NCBI GenBank assembly: GCA_020348925.1
Contig: CP070758.1
Span: 1,444,469 to 1,508,468, forward strand
Length of the DNA: 64,000 nt
Reading direction: 5' to 3'
Origin: Gemmatimonadota bacterium
GTDB lineage: Bacteria; JBHIER01; G020348925
Shown: positions 21,072-31,473 of the stretch, in pieces
Numbering within the stretch: position 1 is the first letter of the stretch
Layout: each line of letters starts with the position of its first letter
Made by a program: the position numbers and the translations under genes
The notes under the pieces: model-generated
Told to the model about the DNA's origin: nothing
What the model saw: only the letters and a program-made list of their open reading frames with translations
Databases searched by the model: none

Positions 21072-22238
21072 ATGACAAGACTGAACACTGTGATGTCTTT
21101 ATCACTCATTTTCATTCTAACATCCGCATCTCTTACCCAAAGTGGAGATTCGCCAATCGGAATATTCGGATATTTCCAGAACTCATTTCAACACTGGACT
21201 ACTTTCGAAGACAGAAAAGAACAAAATTCCTTCAGTGTACAACAGCTGAATCTTTTTTTTCAAAAAGATCTGAGTCGAGATTGGACCGCCTTTATTAATT
21301 TTGAATTTCTGAACAGCTTTTCATCCATCAGGCAATGGGGTGCGGCCAATCTCGAAGAGGCGTGGGTAAAATACAGAGCGAATGAGAAATTTAATTTAAA
21401 ACTTGGATTACAGATCCCCATATTCAACAATCTCAATGAAATCAAAAATCGTACTCCCTTGCTGCCTTATATTGTTCGGCCACTGGTGTATGAAACTTCA
21501 TTTAGTGAGTTTATTATTATCGAGGAGTTTGTGCCAGACCGAGCCTTTTTGCAGGTTTATGGATTTCTGCCCAAGGGAGAGACCAAATGTGACTATGCGT
21601 TCTACTTAGGCAACAGTTCAAACATGAATGATAATAGGGAAAAAGGACAAACCGGTATCGATACCACAACCACCTTTCTTGCCGGCGGACGTCTTGGTTT
21701 CCGCTACCGCGAATTAAAACTCGGTCTCTCGGCCACGCATGAGAAGAAAAATGGCATCAGAACTCTCGATTTCATAAGTCTCGCAGATTCTCTCGGAAGA
21801 GAGCCCTCGGAATTGATGGGATTACCGAAAACGCGGCTGGGTGTGGATATGTCCTATAAATTTACCAATTTTATTTTTGAGAGTGAATTTGTAACCGTTA
21901 ATATTGATGAAGGCATTCCCGAATTGGAATTGGATCTCGACTTTTACTACGCAACATTAGGGTACCATTTGACCGAGCAGCTTTTTGCTTATGGAAGCTA
22001 TTGGGTTGTTGATGTTCATAGTGCCCTGTTAGCCACTGGAGATGAAAAAGTTGAGGATGAAGCTATTCAAACATTAAATATTGGCGCTTCTTACGACTTG
22101 AATGACAGAATACGTTTCAAAGGACAGTTCGCCCGGGTAAAAGCCGATGAAGAACTCCATCTCCTGTCTCACGATGATGTGATAAAGGAGGAAGATAAAT
22201 TTAGTGTTTATGCAGTTGCAGTTTCCGTATTCTTCTAA
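21072..22238 (+). CDS. Outer-membrane beta-barrel/porin-like protein
   Basis: Signal peptide, 'LEEAWVKY', amphipathic strands, C-terminal Phe. Confidence 0.7.
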   Translation: MTRLNTVMSLSLIFILTSASLTQSGDSPIGIFGYFQNSFQHWTTFEDRKEQNSFSVQQLNLFFQKDLSRDWTAFINFEFLNSFSSIRQWGAANLEEAWVKYRANEKFNLKLGLQIPIFNNLNEIKNRTPLLPYIVRPLVYETSFSEFIIIEEFVPDRAFLQVYGFLPKGETKCDYAFYLGNSSNMNDNREKGQTGIDTTTTFLAGGRLGFRYRELKLGLSATHEKKNGIRTLDFISLADSLGREPSELMGLPKTRLGVDMSYKFTNFIFESEFVTVNIDEGIPELELDLDFYYATLGYHLTEQLFAYGSYWVVDVHSALLATGDEKVEDEAIQTLNIGASYDLNDRIRFKGQFARVKADEELHLLSHDDVIKEEDKFSVYAVAVSVFF

Positions 22239-22274
22239 ACCTTGGATTCTTATTCTCGAACAAGAAAAAGAAAT

Positions 22275-22703
22275 ATGAAATCGGTGATTGTTGCACTCTT
22301 CTGTTTTCTTGTAAATGCGACGATTGTATTATCGCAAGTTGCCGTCATTTCTCATAAATCGGTTCCTGAAGATTCAATGACAAAATCGGTGCTGCTGGAT
22401 CTCTACACAGGAGATATTCAATCGTGGAGCAACGGTGAACCTGTTATTGTCATAGATTTGAAACCGAGAGGTGACGTCAAAACAGCATTCTATGATTTCA
22501 TCGGTAAGAAATCGTCCCGCATCAAATCAATATGGTTGAAAAAAAAGCTCTCAGGTGAATGGGACACCCCTGAATCACTTGAAACAGAGGATGACGTTGT
22601 AAAAAAGGTTGCCTCAACGGCCGGTGCCATAGGATTCGTCAGTCAATCAAGCGTGACGACTGACGTGAAAGTACTTTTACTCATACAACAGGGAAAGAAT
22701 TAG
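22275..22703 (+). CDS. Small secreted PBP-like protein (phosphate-binding-protein-like family)
   Basis: Signal peptide; 'LYTG....W.NG', 'VKKVASTAGAIGFV'. Confidence 0.7.
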   Translation: MKSVIVALFCFLVNATIVLSQVAVISHKSVPEDSMTKSVLLDLYTGDIQSWSNGEPVIVIDLKPRGDVKTAFYDFIGKKSSRIKSIWLKKKLSGEWDTPESLETEDDVVKKVASTAGAIGFVSQSSVTTDVKVLLLIQQGKN

Positions 22704-22780
22704 ACTATGGCAGCGAACCATCTTCTTTTGCATTTCACTGTTCATAACACGTATACAAAGGACTCTTTGAATCAGACATC

Positions 22781-24421
22781 ATGAGTCTCAAAGATCTACG
22801 ATTAAGTGTAAAACAGAAGATTGGGTTTGGTCTCATTCTCCTGATCATGGCCGGTGTCAATATCTTCTCCATTCATAAGATGGCCATGCTAAAAGTCGAA
22901 CTGGATGAAGTGAGCTTGAATTGGCTCCCAAGAGCCATAGCTCTTTCTGACATTAACCTCAACACATCCCGCCTGTTATTAATTCAGTCACAACACGCAT
23001 TTCCTGCCGACGAAGCAGCCAAGCTTCACCAGGCAAACATCCAGATCAATCTGATAGACAATATCAATGAGAACTTGGATACCTATGAAGAGTTGAAAAC
23101 GGACTCCGAAAAACGAGGTCTGTATTCAGAAGAAGAGGGGAAACTTTTCGCAGAATTCGACTGGAAATGGGAGGAGTATCAGGATTTGAGTCGTGATTTC
23201 CTGGATCTCGTTAACGCAAATAAGTCACCAGAAGCAAATGCGTTATTGAATGGAGAGGGTCGTGAGGTTTTCCGTTCCCTCAGTACCCGACTGGAAGAAT
23301 TGGTCACGATCAATAAAAACGATGCTCTTCAAGCTGCGGGGCGAGCTGAAATCATGTTCAGAGCTACCCGAAATGTGACTGTTGTCCTGCTCATCGCGAC
23401 GATGATCCTCTCCGGAGTTGTCGGAACTCTTTTCGTCAGGTATATAACGATACCTGTCAGGCAACTGGAAAAAGCAGCCAGGACCATAACGGATGGTGAT
23501 CTCAGTGTCCAACTCGAAGTCCCGAGCAAGGATGAAATCGGCAATCTTGCGAATTCATTTAATCAGATGACGGTATCTCTTCGGGAAGCAAGACAAAGAC
23601 TTGAACATCAGGCTGAAAATCTGAGGACAAAAAATCGAGAGCTCGAAAATGCGTTACACGAATTACAGACAACGCAGGATCAACTCATGATGAAGGAGAA
23701 GATGGCTGCCCTGGGTGATCTGGTTGCAGGGATCGTTCATGAGATCAATAATCCCATCGGGGCCGTAAACAGTTCTGCCGATGTTTCCAGACGATGTGTG
23801 AATAGAATTGAGGTTATGGTAGAAGAGGGGAAAACACCTCATGACGTCAAGCAAAATCCAGAGTATCAGAAAGCTTTAAATATCCTTAAAGAGAATATTC
23901 GAATTACACATGCAGCAAGTGATCGCATTGCCACTATAGCCAAAAGCTTGAAAATTTTTTCCACACTCGACGAGTCAGAGTATCAGAAAACGAATATCAA
24001 CGAAGGTATTGAAAGTATCCTCACATTAATGGAGAACGAAATGCGCGGTCGGATATCCGTCATTAAAGACTACGGCGACATTCCAAAGATTGAGTGCTAT
24101 CCAGGTCTTTTGAATCAGGTGTTCATGAACGTGCTGAAAAATGCTTCTCAGGCCATTGAGAACTCTGGTACAATATATATCAAGACCTTCAAGGAAAACA
24201 AAAACGTTCATGTCAAGATTTCCGATACGGGAAAAGGAATTCAGGCTCATGAAATAGAAAAAATATTTGATTTTGGATTCTCAGCGGTCGGTACGCGGGT
24301 CAAGATGGGATCCGGACTGGCAACCGCATACAACATTATTCAGAAACACGATGGTGATATCAGTGTGGAAAGTGAAGTCGGCAAAGGTACAACTTTTAAT
24401 ATTTCCCTGCCCGCGACATAA
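22781..24421 (+). CDS. Sensor histidine kinase (MCP four-helix bundle, HAMP, HisKA, HATPase)
   Basis: 'NWLP' 4HB_MCP motif, 'DEIG.LA.SFNQM', 'EKMAALG.LVAGIVHEINNP', G boxes. Confidence 0.9.
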   Translation: MSLKDLRLSVKQKIGFGLILLIMAGVNIFSIHKMAMLKVELDEVSLNWLPRAIALSDINLNTSRLLLIQSQHAFPADEAAKLHQANIQINLIDNINENLDTYEELKTDSEKRGLYSEEEGKLFAEFDWKWEEYQDLSRDFLDLVNANKSPEANALLNGEGREVFRSLSTRLEELVTINKNDALQAAGRAEIMFRATRNVTVVLLIATMILSGVVGTLFVRYITIPVRQLEKAARTITDGDLSVQLEVPSKDEIGNLANSFNQMTVSLREARQRLEHQAENLRTKNRELENALHELQTTQDQLMMKEKMAALGDLVAGIVHEINNPIGAVNSSADVSRRCVNRIEVMVEEGKTPHDVKQNPEYQKALNILKENIRITHAASDRIATIAKSLKIFSTLDESEYQKTNINEGIESILTLMENEMRGRISVIKDYGDIPKIECYPGLLNQVFMNVLKNASQAIENSGTIYIKTFKENKNVHVKISDTGKGIQAHEIEKIFDFGFSAVGTRVKMGSGLATAYNIIQKHDGDISVESEVGKGTTFNISLPAT

Positions 24422-24512
24422 TTTATCGCAAGATCATTTAAGCTTTCCCGGCAGCCATTTTCCAATAGATTCGTAGATTCATCAAAAGAGATATCTCTTT
24501 CACCTCTCTCTT

Positions 24513-24554
24513 TTTTAACGTAATTGTAACGAGTCTGTAGCAGTTCTGTAACAT
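24513..24554 (+). promoter_or_regulatory. Pho box-like array of four direct repeats
   Basis: TTTAAC (24514), TGTAAC (24525), TGTAGC (24536), TGTAAC (24547); exact 11-bp period; upstream of the porin-pst operon. Confidence 0.75.
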
Positions 24555-24725
24555 AGTTCTTTTAACTTTGAATATGATTTAGGAGAAATTGGTTATTATA
24601 ACATGCAAAATCACTACTGGTGACACGGGAAGGGGGTGATAACCGATACAGAACTTGATATGAATCAAGTCGAAGCTGTAAAAATGTGGTCAATAAGAAA
24701 AAGTAGATTGTAAAAGGAGGAAAGA

Positions 24726-25736
24726 ATGAGCTTACGTCTCGCGGGTGCAGTTCTACTTGTATTCTCTTTGATATTCCGCAGCGTTTCTTTTGCAGGAACT
24801 TCGCAGATCAAAGGACATATGTTTGGCGATTACCTTTATAACGTCGCCAATCATGACAAGAGAGAAGAAAACTTTAACGAATTTCAATTCAGGCGAATAT
24901 ACTTTACTTTCGAAAACCAGCTGCACGACAATATGAAGGTTAGGCTCCGGCTGGAGTCAGAAACGGAGAAGACGAACAGCAGCGGGCTCATCAGTCCCTA
25001 TGTCAAGGATGCCTACTTGGAATGGTCGAATCTTTTCAGAGGGCATAAAGTGGTCTTCGGCCTTTCAAGCCCCCCAACGTGGGAGCTTTCCGAGGCGATT
25101 TGGGGTTACCGGTCAATAGAGAAGACCATTATGGACTTCCGAAAGATCCGGTCATCCCGGGAGATGGGCCTTGGCTTAAAAGGAGCCTTTGACCTCAATA
25201 GTAAGTATAACCATCATTTCATGATAGGTAACGGAAAGGGATACAAAGGTCCAGATGATGACAAGTACAAGCTGTTCATGTACAGCTTTTGGGTAGTACC
25301 TGTTGACGGTCTAACCCTCCAGGCGTATGTTGATTATCAGCGTAAGGAAATGAGTCCGAAAGTGAACGACATTGTGTACAAAGGTTTCTGTGCCTATGAA
25401 ACCCCTCAGTTCTCAGTGGGTGTTGAGGGTTTCCAGCAGTCCCTGAAGAATGATGTTGTCGATTCGAAAAATGTTGGCATTTCTCTTTTCGCGTCTGCAA
25501 TTCCGATACTTGGTTCCAAATTTAAGGTCTTTGGGCGGTTCGACTACTGGGATCCTGATACGGAGAGTGACGATGATGAGGAAAATCTCATCATCGGCGG
25601 ATGGGACTTTATCCCTATCAATGATGTTCACGTCATGCCGAATATTGTGGCCCGCACCTATGCCGAAGAAGACAAAAACAGTGACATCACTGCGCGTATC
25701 ACGGTCTCATACAAATGGAGCAGCGGTCAATTCTAA
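24726..25736 (+). CDS. Porin, probably phosphate-selective (OprO/P-like)
   Basis: Signal peptide; 'FQFRRIYFTF', 'YVKDAYL', 'WGYRSIEKT', 'FGRFDY.DPD'; first gene of the pst operon. Confidence 0.75.
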   Translation: MSLRLAGAVLLVFSLIFRSVSFAGTSQIKGHMFGDYLYNVANHDKREENFNEFQFRRIYFTFENQLHDNMKVRLRLESETEKTNSSGLISPYVKDAYLEWSNLFRGHKVVFGLSSPPTWELSEAIWGYRSIEKTIMDFRKIRSSREMGLGLKGAFDLNSKYNHHFMIGNGKGYKGPDDDKYKLFMYSFWVVPVDGLTLQAYVDYQRKEMSPKVNDIVYKGFCAYETPQFSVGVEGFQQSLKNDVVDSKNVGISLFASAIPILGSKFKVFGRFDYWDPDTESDDDEENLIIGGWDFIPINDVHVMPNIVARTYAEEDKNSDITARITVSYKWSSGQF

Positions 25737-25775
25737 GCATTTTACTACGTTCACATGTATGAAGGAGATTTTAGC

Positions 25776-26666
25776 ATGAAATGGAAAATAGTCTTCATTA
25801 GTCTGATTTTTGCTGGTTTTGCTGTCATGACATGTACGAAGGGGAGTCCTCCTGTTCAAGTGAAAGGATCGGACACTTTGGTCAATCTCGTCCAGGTTCT
25901 GGCAGAGCAGTACATGGACAAGAATCCGGGTACCGCCATTGCTGTGACCGGTGGAGGGTCGGGTGTCGGTATTGCCGCTATCATCAACGGAACCGTCGAT
26001 ATCGCCAATCACTCCCGCCCATTGAAAGACAAAGAATTTAAAGAATTTGAGGAAAAAGGAATTATTCCTACCACTTTGGTCATCGGCATCGACGGTCTCT
26101 CGGTCATTGTCAACGAGAACAATCCGGTCGATTCTCTCTCTATGGAGGACATCGGCAAAATCTACCGCGGTGAACTTGATACGTGGAACCAGATCGGCGG
26201 CTCAGATGAGGATATTTCCACGTACGGGCGTCAACCCAACTCCGGCACCTATGTCTTTTTTCAGGATCTCGTCCTAGGCAAAAAAGACTACTCGCCAAAG
26301 ATGAAGCAGATGAACGGCAACGCCCAGATCATGGATGCTGTGAAGACTGATGCGAATAGCATCGGCTACGTCGGTGTGGGGTACGTGTACGATGAGAGGG
26401 ACAATGTGCAGAAGGGCATCAAGGTGTTGAAGGTTTCTCTGAGCGATGGTCCTGCCTATGCGCCGACCAATGTGGATGATGTCAAGTCCGGCCGATACCC
26501 CATCGCCCGTCCGCTGTTTCAGACCATCAACGGGAAGCCGAAGGGTGCGGTGAAAGATTTCGTGGCTTTTGAGTTAGGCCCGGAGGGGCAAAAAATCGTT
26601 GAGGAGCAGGGATTTTTCCCCATCGGAGGGGAGTATATAGAGGCAAATAAAAAAGCCGGCTTCTGA
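25776..26666 (+). CDS. pstS: Phosphate ABC transporter substrate-binding lipoprotein
   Basis: KGSDT, GGGSGVG, GRQPNSGT, YPIARPL; AAGGAG RBS. Confidence 0.93.
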   Translation: MKWKIVFISLIFAGFAVMTCTKGSPPVQVKGSDTLVNLVQVLAEQYMDKNPGTAIAVTGGGSGVGIAAIINGTVDIANHSRPLKDKEFKEFEEKGIIPTTLVIGIDGLSVIVNENNPVDSLSMEDIGKIYRGELDTWNQIGGSDEDISTYGRQPNSGTYVFFQDLVLGKKDYSPKMKQMNGNAQIMDAVKTDANSIGYVGVGYVYDERDNVQKGIKVLKVSLSDGPAYAPTNVDDVKSGRYPIARPLFQTINGKPKGAVKDFVAFELGPEGQKIVEEQGFFPIGGEYIEANKKAGF

Positions 26667-26711
26667 ACACCAACTTCACGACCGTTTGGAAAAGATCGAA
26701 ATGTTTCACTT

Positions 26712-26747
26712 CCGGCCCTCCAGACCCATCTCTGTCTGGAGGGCTGG
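26712..26747 (+). promoter_or_regulatory. Strong stem-loop downstream of pstS (mRNA stabiliser or attenuator)
   Basis: CCGGCCCTCCAGAC / GTCTGGAGGGCTGG 14-bp stem with no U tract. Confidence 0.55.
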
Positions 26748-26775
26748 CGATTCCTGAAAGAAATTCAAAGAAACG

Positions 26776-27186
26776 GTGAAGCGTATACTTTTTGTCTGTG
26801 TCGAAAACAGTTGTCGCAGTCAAATGGCTGAAGGTTTTGCCCAGCATCATGGCAAAGGAAATATTCTCTCTTCCAGCGCAGGGACAGCACCCGCCAAGAG
26901 AATGGACGAATCGGTGATTCGGGTCATGAAGGAGAAGGGCATAGATATCAGTCGCCACACACCGAAAAAAATCGATGAGAACATGATCGCCCGCAGTGAT
27001 GTCGTCGTCACCATGGGCTGCTGCTCTGCCGAAGAACTCTGCCCGGTTTCCTATCACGGCCGCAAAGTGGACTGGAATATCCCGGACCCAAAAGGTGGTT
27101 CAATAGAAACTTTTCGAAACGTTCGAGATATCATTGAAAAACAGGTCCTGGATCTCATACAGAGCTTGAAAACCGACACTGTTTAA
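26776..27186 (+). CDS. arsC: Arsenate reductase, LMW-PTP fold
   Basis: CVENSCRSQMAE P-loop, SAGT, 'TMGC..AEELCP', 'W.IPDP'. Confidence 0.85.
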   Translation: MKRILFVCVENSCRSQMAEGFAQHHGKGNILSSSAGTAPAKRMDESVIRVMKEKGIDISRHTPKKIDENMIARSDVVVTMGCCSAEELCPVSYHGRKVDWNIPDPKGGSIETFRNVRDIIEKQVLDLIQSLKTDTV

Positions 27187-27233
27187 TGTATATTAGCGTT
27201 TTGTGAACAAGCATATATAGAACAACCCAAAAA

Positions 27234-28190
27234 ATGGAAAGCAGTAATCATATGGGAAAAGAATCCGAGCAACATCTCCCTGTATGGCGCATCTTTTTGA
27301 GAAGTTACCGCTTCCAGAAGATATGGGAAAAAGTTTTAGTCATTTTTTTCTTTTTCAACGGATTCTTCGCCGTTTTTGTTCTCCTGGGTATTTTCTCGCT
27401 CCTCTTCTTCGAGGGCACGCCGGCCTTTAAAACGATTTCCCCGAAAGAATTTTTCTTCAGTTCCGTCTGGAATCCAACGTCACCGATTCAGGAAAAGTAC
27501 GGTATTCTGTCCCTTGTTGTAAGCACGATGTTGACAACGTTAGGTGCTCTGGTTATCGCCACACCCCTGGGCGTGGCCTGTGCCGCTTACCTTTCCGATG
27601 TGGCCAGCCACCGCGTCCGCGAGATCGTAAAACCCGCGGTGGAGATTCTGGCCGGCATACCATCCGTCGTTGTCGGCTTCCTGGGTCTCGTCGTCGTCGC
27701 TCCGCTCCTGGCAAAACTCTTCAACCTTCCCAACGGATTGAACGCCCTGAACGGATCGATTCTGTTGGCCGTTATGTCGCTGCCGACCATCATCAGCCTG
27801 TCCGAAGACGCACTCGTCGCAGTTCCCCAGGAGTATAAGAGCGCCTCTTTGGCCCTGGGAGCAAACCGGTGGCAGACGCTGCTCAGGGTGACCATCCCTT
27901 CCGCCCTATCCGGCATCATTGCCTCCATCATGCTGGGTATGGGCCGGGCCATCGGTGAGACCATGACGGTCCTCATGGCCTGCGGAAACAGCCAAGCCAT
28001 GCCCCACAGTTTCCTCGACTCCGTCCGGACCATGACGGCCACCATCGCCATCGAATTGGGGGAAACGGCCTACGGCTCCCCCCACTATCACTCCCTCTTC
28101 ATCATCGGCTTTGTCCTCTTTCTCATGACCTTTCTGGTCAATCTCGTCTCCGATCTCATTCTGGCGAAATATCAGGAGGTGGCTCGATGA
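27234..28190 (+). CDS. pstC: Phosphate ABC transporter permease
   Basis: 'EILAGIPSVVVG', 'GMGRAIGETMTV'. Confidence 0.93.
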   Translation: MESSNHMGKESEQHLPVWRIFLRSYRFQKIWEKVLVIFFFFNGFFAVFVLLGIFSLLFFEGTPAFKTISPKEFFFSSVWNPTSPIQEKYGILSLVVSTMLTTLGALVIATPLGVACAAYLSDVASHRVREIVKPAVEILAGIPSVVVGFLGLVVVAPLLAKLFNLPNGLNALNGSILLAVMSLPTIISLSEDALVAVPQEYKSASLALGANRWQTLLRVTIPSALSGIIASIMLGMGRAIGETMTVLMACGNSQAMPHSFLDSVRTMTATIAIELGETAYGSPHYHSLFIIGFVLFLMTFLVNLVSDLILAKYQEVAR

Positions 28191-28224
28191 CGTTTCCCAA
28201 AGTCAAAGATCAGGAGATGGTCCA

Positions 28225-29079
28225 ATGACGTTGCGCAAGATCAACGAGGTGGCGGGCTTTACGGTATTGAGAATTGCGGCGGTTCTCGTCTTGGCCTCCT
28301 TAGCCTTCATACTCTTCGACGTCTTCACCAAAGGCTGGGGCGTCATCTCCTGGGAATTCTTAATCGATAAACCACGGCAGGGCATGACGGAAGGCGGGAT
28401 CTTCCCTATTATTGTGGGAACCTTCTATGTCAGTCTGATAACCGTCATCTTCGCCGTACCCCTGGGTATGTTTGCTGCCATATATTTGAACGAGTATGCC
28501 AAGCAATCCAGGATAACCCGTCTCATTCGATTGGCCATACGCAATCTTTCCGGCGTACCTTCGATAGTCTATGGACTCTTTGGCGTGGCTCTCTTTGTGA
28601 AGATGATTGCTTTCGGCACGTGTGTCCTGTCGGCGGGTCTCACCCTGGGTCTCCTCACTTTACCCTGGACCATAACGGCCAGTGAGGAAGCGCTAAAAAC
28701 CGTACCCATGTCCTATCGTGAGGGCGCTCTGGCTTTAGGGGCCACGAAATGGCAGTCCATCAGAACGAACGTTTTACCCTATGCTGTTCCGGGTATGCTC
28801 ACCGGCACGATCTTGGGCTTGGCCCGGGCAGCGGGCGAAACGGCTCCCATCCTCTTCACCGGGGCCGCCTTCTTCTGGCCGTTCCTTCCGAAATTGTTCA
28901 GTCAGTTCATGGCTCTCCCCTATCACATCTTCATCATGTCGACACAGCATCACGAGATTATGAAGGTCAGGCCTCTGGCCTACGGAACGGCCCTCGTTTT
29001 AATCGCCATGGTGCTGTCATTGAACGGATTCGCCGTCTGGATCCGGTACCGTTTCCGCAAGAAATACAGAAGAGTATAG
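28225..29079 (+). CDS. pstA: Phosphate ABC transporter permease
   Basis: 'AIYLNEYA', 'GVPSIVYGLFG', 'RAAGETAP'. Confidence 0.93.
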   Translation: MTLRKINEVAGFTVLRIAAVLVLASLAFILFDVFTKGWGVISWEFLIDKPRQGMTEGGIFPIIVGTFYVSLITVIFAVPLGMFAAIYLNEYAKQSRITRLIRLAIRNLSGVPSIVYGLFGVALFVKMIAFGTCVLSAGLTLGLLTLPWTITASEEALKTVPMSYREGALALGATKWQSIRTNVLPYAVPGMLTGTILGLARAAGETAPILFTGAAFFWPFLPKLFSQFMALPYHIFIMSTQHHEIMKVRPLAYGTALVLIAMVLSLNGFAVWIRYRFRKKYRRV

Positions 29080-29132
29080 CGTGCCAGGGGAAATGATGAT
29101 GCACAATGTTAGGAGTAACAGAAGGAAATACA

Positions 29133-29891
29133 ATGTCTGAGATAAAAATGTCCATAAAGGAATTCAATTTCTACTACGGCAATGATCGGGCACTGAAGGA
29201 CGTCACCATGGATATCCAGACTCATCAGGTCACGGCCCTCATCGGACCCTCGGGCTGCGGCAAATCGACCCTCATCAGATCATTGAACCGGATGAACGAT
29301 ATCATTCCCGGGATCCGCGTGGAGGGCACCGTCACCCTTGACGGGCAGGACATCTACGCCAAAGGTATCGATGTTGTCGATCTGCGTCGGCGTGTGGGTA
29401 TGGTTTTCCAGAAATCGAATCCCTTCCCCAAGTCGATATTTGATAATGTGGCCTACGGCCTGAGGATCAACGGTATGCGGGACAGAAATTTCATCACCCA
29501 CCGCGTCGAGGAAAGCTTGAAAGGGGCTGCCCTGTGGGACGAAGTGAAGGATCGACTGAAGGACAACGCCATGGATCTGTCAGGTGGTCAGATGCAGCGC
29601 TTGTGCATTGCCCGGGCCTTGGCCGTCCAGCCGGAGATCATCCTCATGGATGAGCCCGCTTCAGCCCTCGATCCCCTGGCCACCCTAAAGATTGAAGAGC
29701 TCATCTTTGAACTGAAGAAGAATTATACCATTGTCATTGTTACACACAACATGCAGCAGGCAGCACGAGTCTCCGACTTCACGGCATTCTTCTACCTCGG
29801 TGAGCTCATCGAATTCGACAAAACCGACGTCATCTTCACACGGCCCAACAAGAAAAAGACGGAGGATTATATCACCGGGCGCTTCGGATAA
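29133..29891 (+). CDS. pstB: Phosphate ABC transporter ATP-binding protein
   Basis: [35 protein letters not shown]. Confidence 0.96.
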   Translation: MSEIKMSIKEFNFYYGNDRALKDVTMDIQTHQVTALIGPSGCGKSTLIRSLNRMNDIIPGIRVEGTVTLDGQDIYAKGIDVVDLRRRVGMVFQKSNPFPKSIFDNVAYGLRINGMRDRNFITHRVEESLKGAALWDEVKDRLKDNAMDLSGGQMQRLCIARALAVQPEIILMDEPASALDPLATLKIEELIFELKKNYTIVIVTHNMQQAARVSDFTAFFYLGELIEFDKTDVIFTRPNKKKTEDYITGRFG

Positions 29892-29955
29892 GAGGTATCT
29901 CAATGATAAATCGATATGTTATTGAATATGAATAAAACGAACAGGAGAATAGAAA

Positions 29956-30630
29956 ATGCCTGAAGCAAGACATTTTCATGAAGAACTGGCTGAATTGAAA
30001 AACAAACTGCTTGTCATGAGTTCGTTGGTTGAAGCGAGCATTCAGAAATCCATTCAGGCTCTCGAAGAGCGAAGCCCGACGTTGGCCCGTGAAGTATTTG
30101 ACGATGACAAGGTGATCGATCAGATGGAAATCGAGATCGATGAATGCGGCATTAGGCTCATGGCGCTGGATCAACCCGTGGCCGTCGACTTGCGTATGCT
30201 TTTCGGCGTCCTGAGGATCAATAACGACCTGGAGCGCATCGGGGACCACAGCGTCAATATCGCCGAGCGGGCCCTTCGTTTGGCCGAGGCACCGTTCCTG
30301 AAACAACTCGTGGATATCCCCCGGATGGCCGCCATCGTACAAAGTATGGTCAAAGACGTACTGGACGGATTCGTTCAGGAAGATCCCGAAAAAGCCCGAG
30401 CAACATGCAAACGCGATGACGAGGTCGATGAACTCGATGATCGGTTCATACGAGCTCTCCTGACCTACATGATGGAAAAGCCAAGTGTCATAACACAGGC
30501 GATGGATCTGATTATAATCAGTAAGAATCTCGAGCGCATTGGTGATCTGGCCACAAATATCGCAGAAGACGTCGTATTCATCTATCAGGCCAAGACCATT
30601 AAGCATCATATTGATAAAAAAGAGGATTAA
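29956..30630 (+). CDS. phoU: Phosphate signalling complex protein
   Basis: QPVAVDLR and two LERIGD motifs. Confidence 0.95.
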   Translation: MPEARHFHEELAELKNKLLVMSSLVEASIQKSIQALEERSPTLAREVFDDDKVIDQMEIEIDECGIRLMALDQPVAVDLRMLFGVLRINNDLERIGDHSVNIAERALRLAEAPFLKQLVDIPRMAAIVQSMVKDVLDGFVQEDPEKARATCKRDDEVDELDDRFIRALLTYMMEKPSVITQAMDLIIISKNLERIGDLATNIAEDVVFIYQAKTIKHHIDKKED

Positions 30631-30757
30631 GCCTCTTCACTTAACGAGGATCAGAAATCAGAACAGAGAACCGTGTCCAAGGCGCATTGTAGTACTCGTT
30701 GGGAATACGTTATCGAAAACCCGATTATTTTCAACTTAAACAGTGAGAGGTCGTTCA

Positions 30758-31447
30758 ATGAAGAATCAAAAGGGCAATAACACAAAAATGAGTCGCCGGC
30801 ATTTCATTAAAGTCACTGGGACTATTGTTCTGGTGGCTGGAGCTGGATACCGTCTTGCCGCGTCGGATGAGATCTTGCCTTCGGATGGATATCTCCTGGT
30901 GGACATTGAAAAATGCCAGGGATGCGCAAGTTGTATGCTCGCCTGTTCTTTGGTTCATGAAGGGGCGGAGAGTCTCTCGCTTGCCAGAATTCAGATGATG
31001 CAAAACTCCTTCGAATCCTTTCCAGTTGATGTGACAATCGAGCAATGCCGTCAATGCGTGGAGCCCGCCTGTGTGAAGGCATGTCCTACAGGTGCATTGG
31101 GTGCAGATGCCAGGTATGGCAACGTGAGAATGGTGGATACAGAGCAATGTATTGGCTGCGGCATCTGTTATGATGCTTGCCCTTATACGCCAAGCAGGGT
31201 GGTTCTCGCAGCCGATAAAAAATATGACGGTGAGGACAGGAGTCGAAAATGCGATCTGTGTGCCAATGCCCCTTTTCATTGGGATGAAGCAGGCGGCGGA
31301 CCTGATGGGAAACAAGCCTGTGTCGCAGTGTGTCCCGTAGGCGCTATCGAGTTTACAAAGAAAATACCCAAGCAAGATGGAGATGATGGGTACAAAGTGG
31401 ATTTGCGGGACCGGAATTGGGGGAAACTCGGCTACCCAACCCGGTAA
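30758..31447 (+). CDS. 4Fe-4S dicluster ferredoxin subunit with Tat signal peptide
   Basis: SRRHFIK plus hydrophobic stretch; CQGCASCMLAC, CRQCVEPACVKACP, CIGCGICYDACP, KCDLC...CVAVCP. Confidence 0.9.
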   Translation: MKNQKGNNTKMSRRHFIKVTGTIVLVAGAGYRLAASDEILPSDGYLLVDIEKCQGCASCMLACSLVHEGAESLSLARIQMMQNSFESFPVDVTIEQCRQCVEPACVKACPTGALGADARYGNVRMVDTEQCIGCGICYDACPYTPSRVVLAADKKYDGEDRSRKCDLCANAPFHWDEAGGGPDGKQACVAVCPVGAIEFTKKIPKQDGDDGYKVDLRDRNWGKLGYPTR

Positions 31448-31473
31448 ATGGATCAATCAAGGAGGAATACTGA

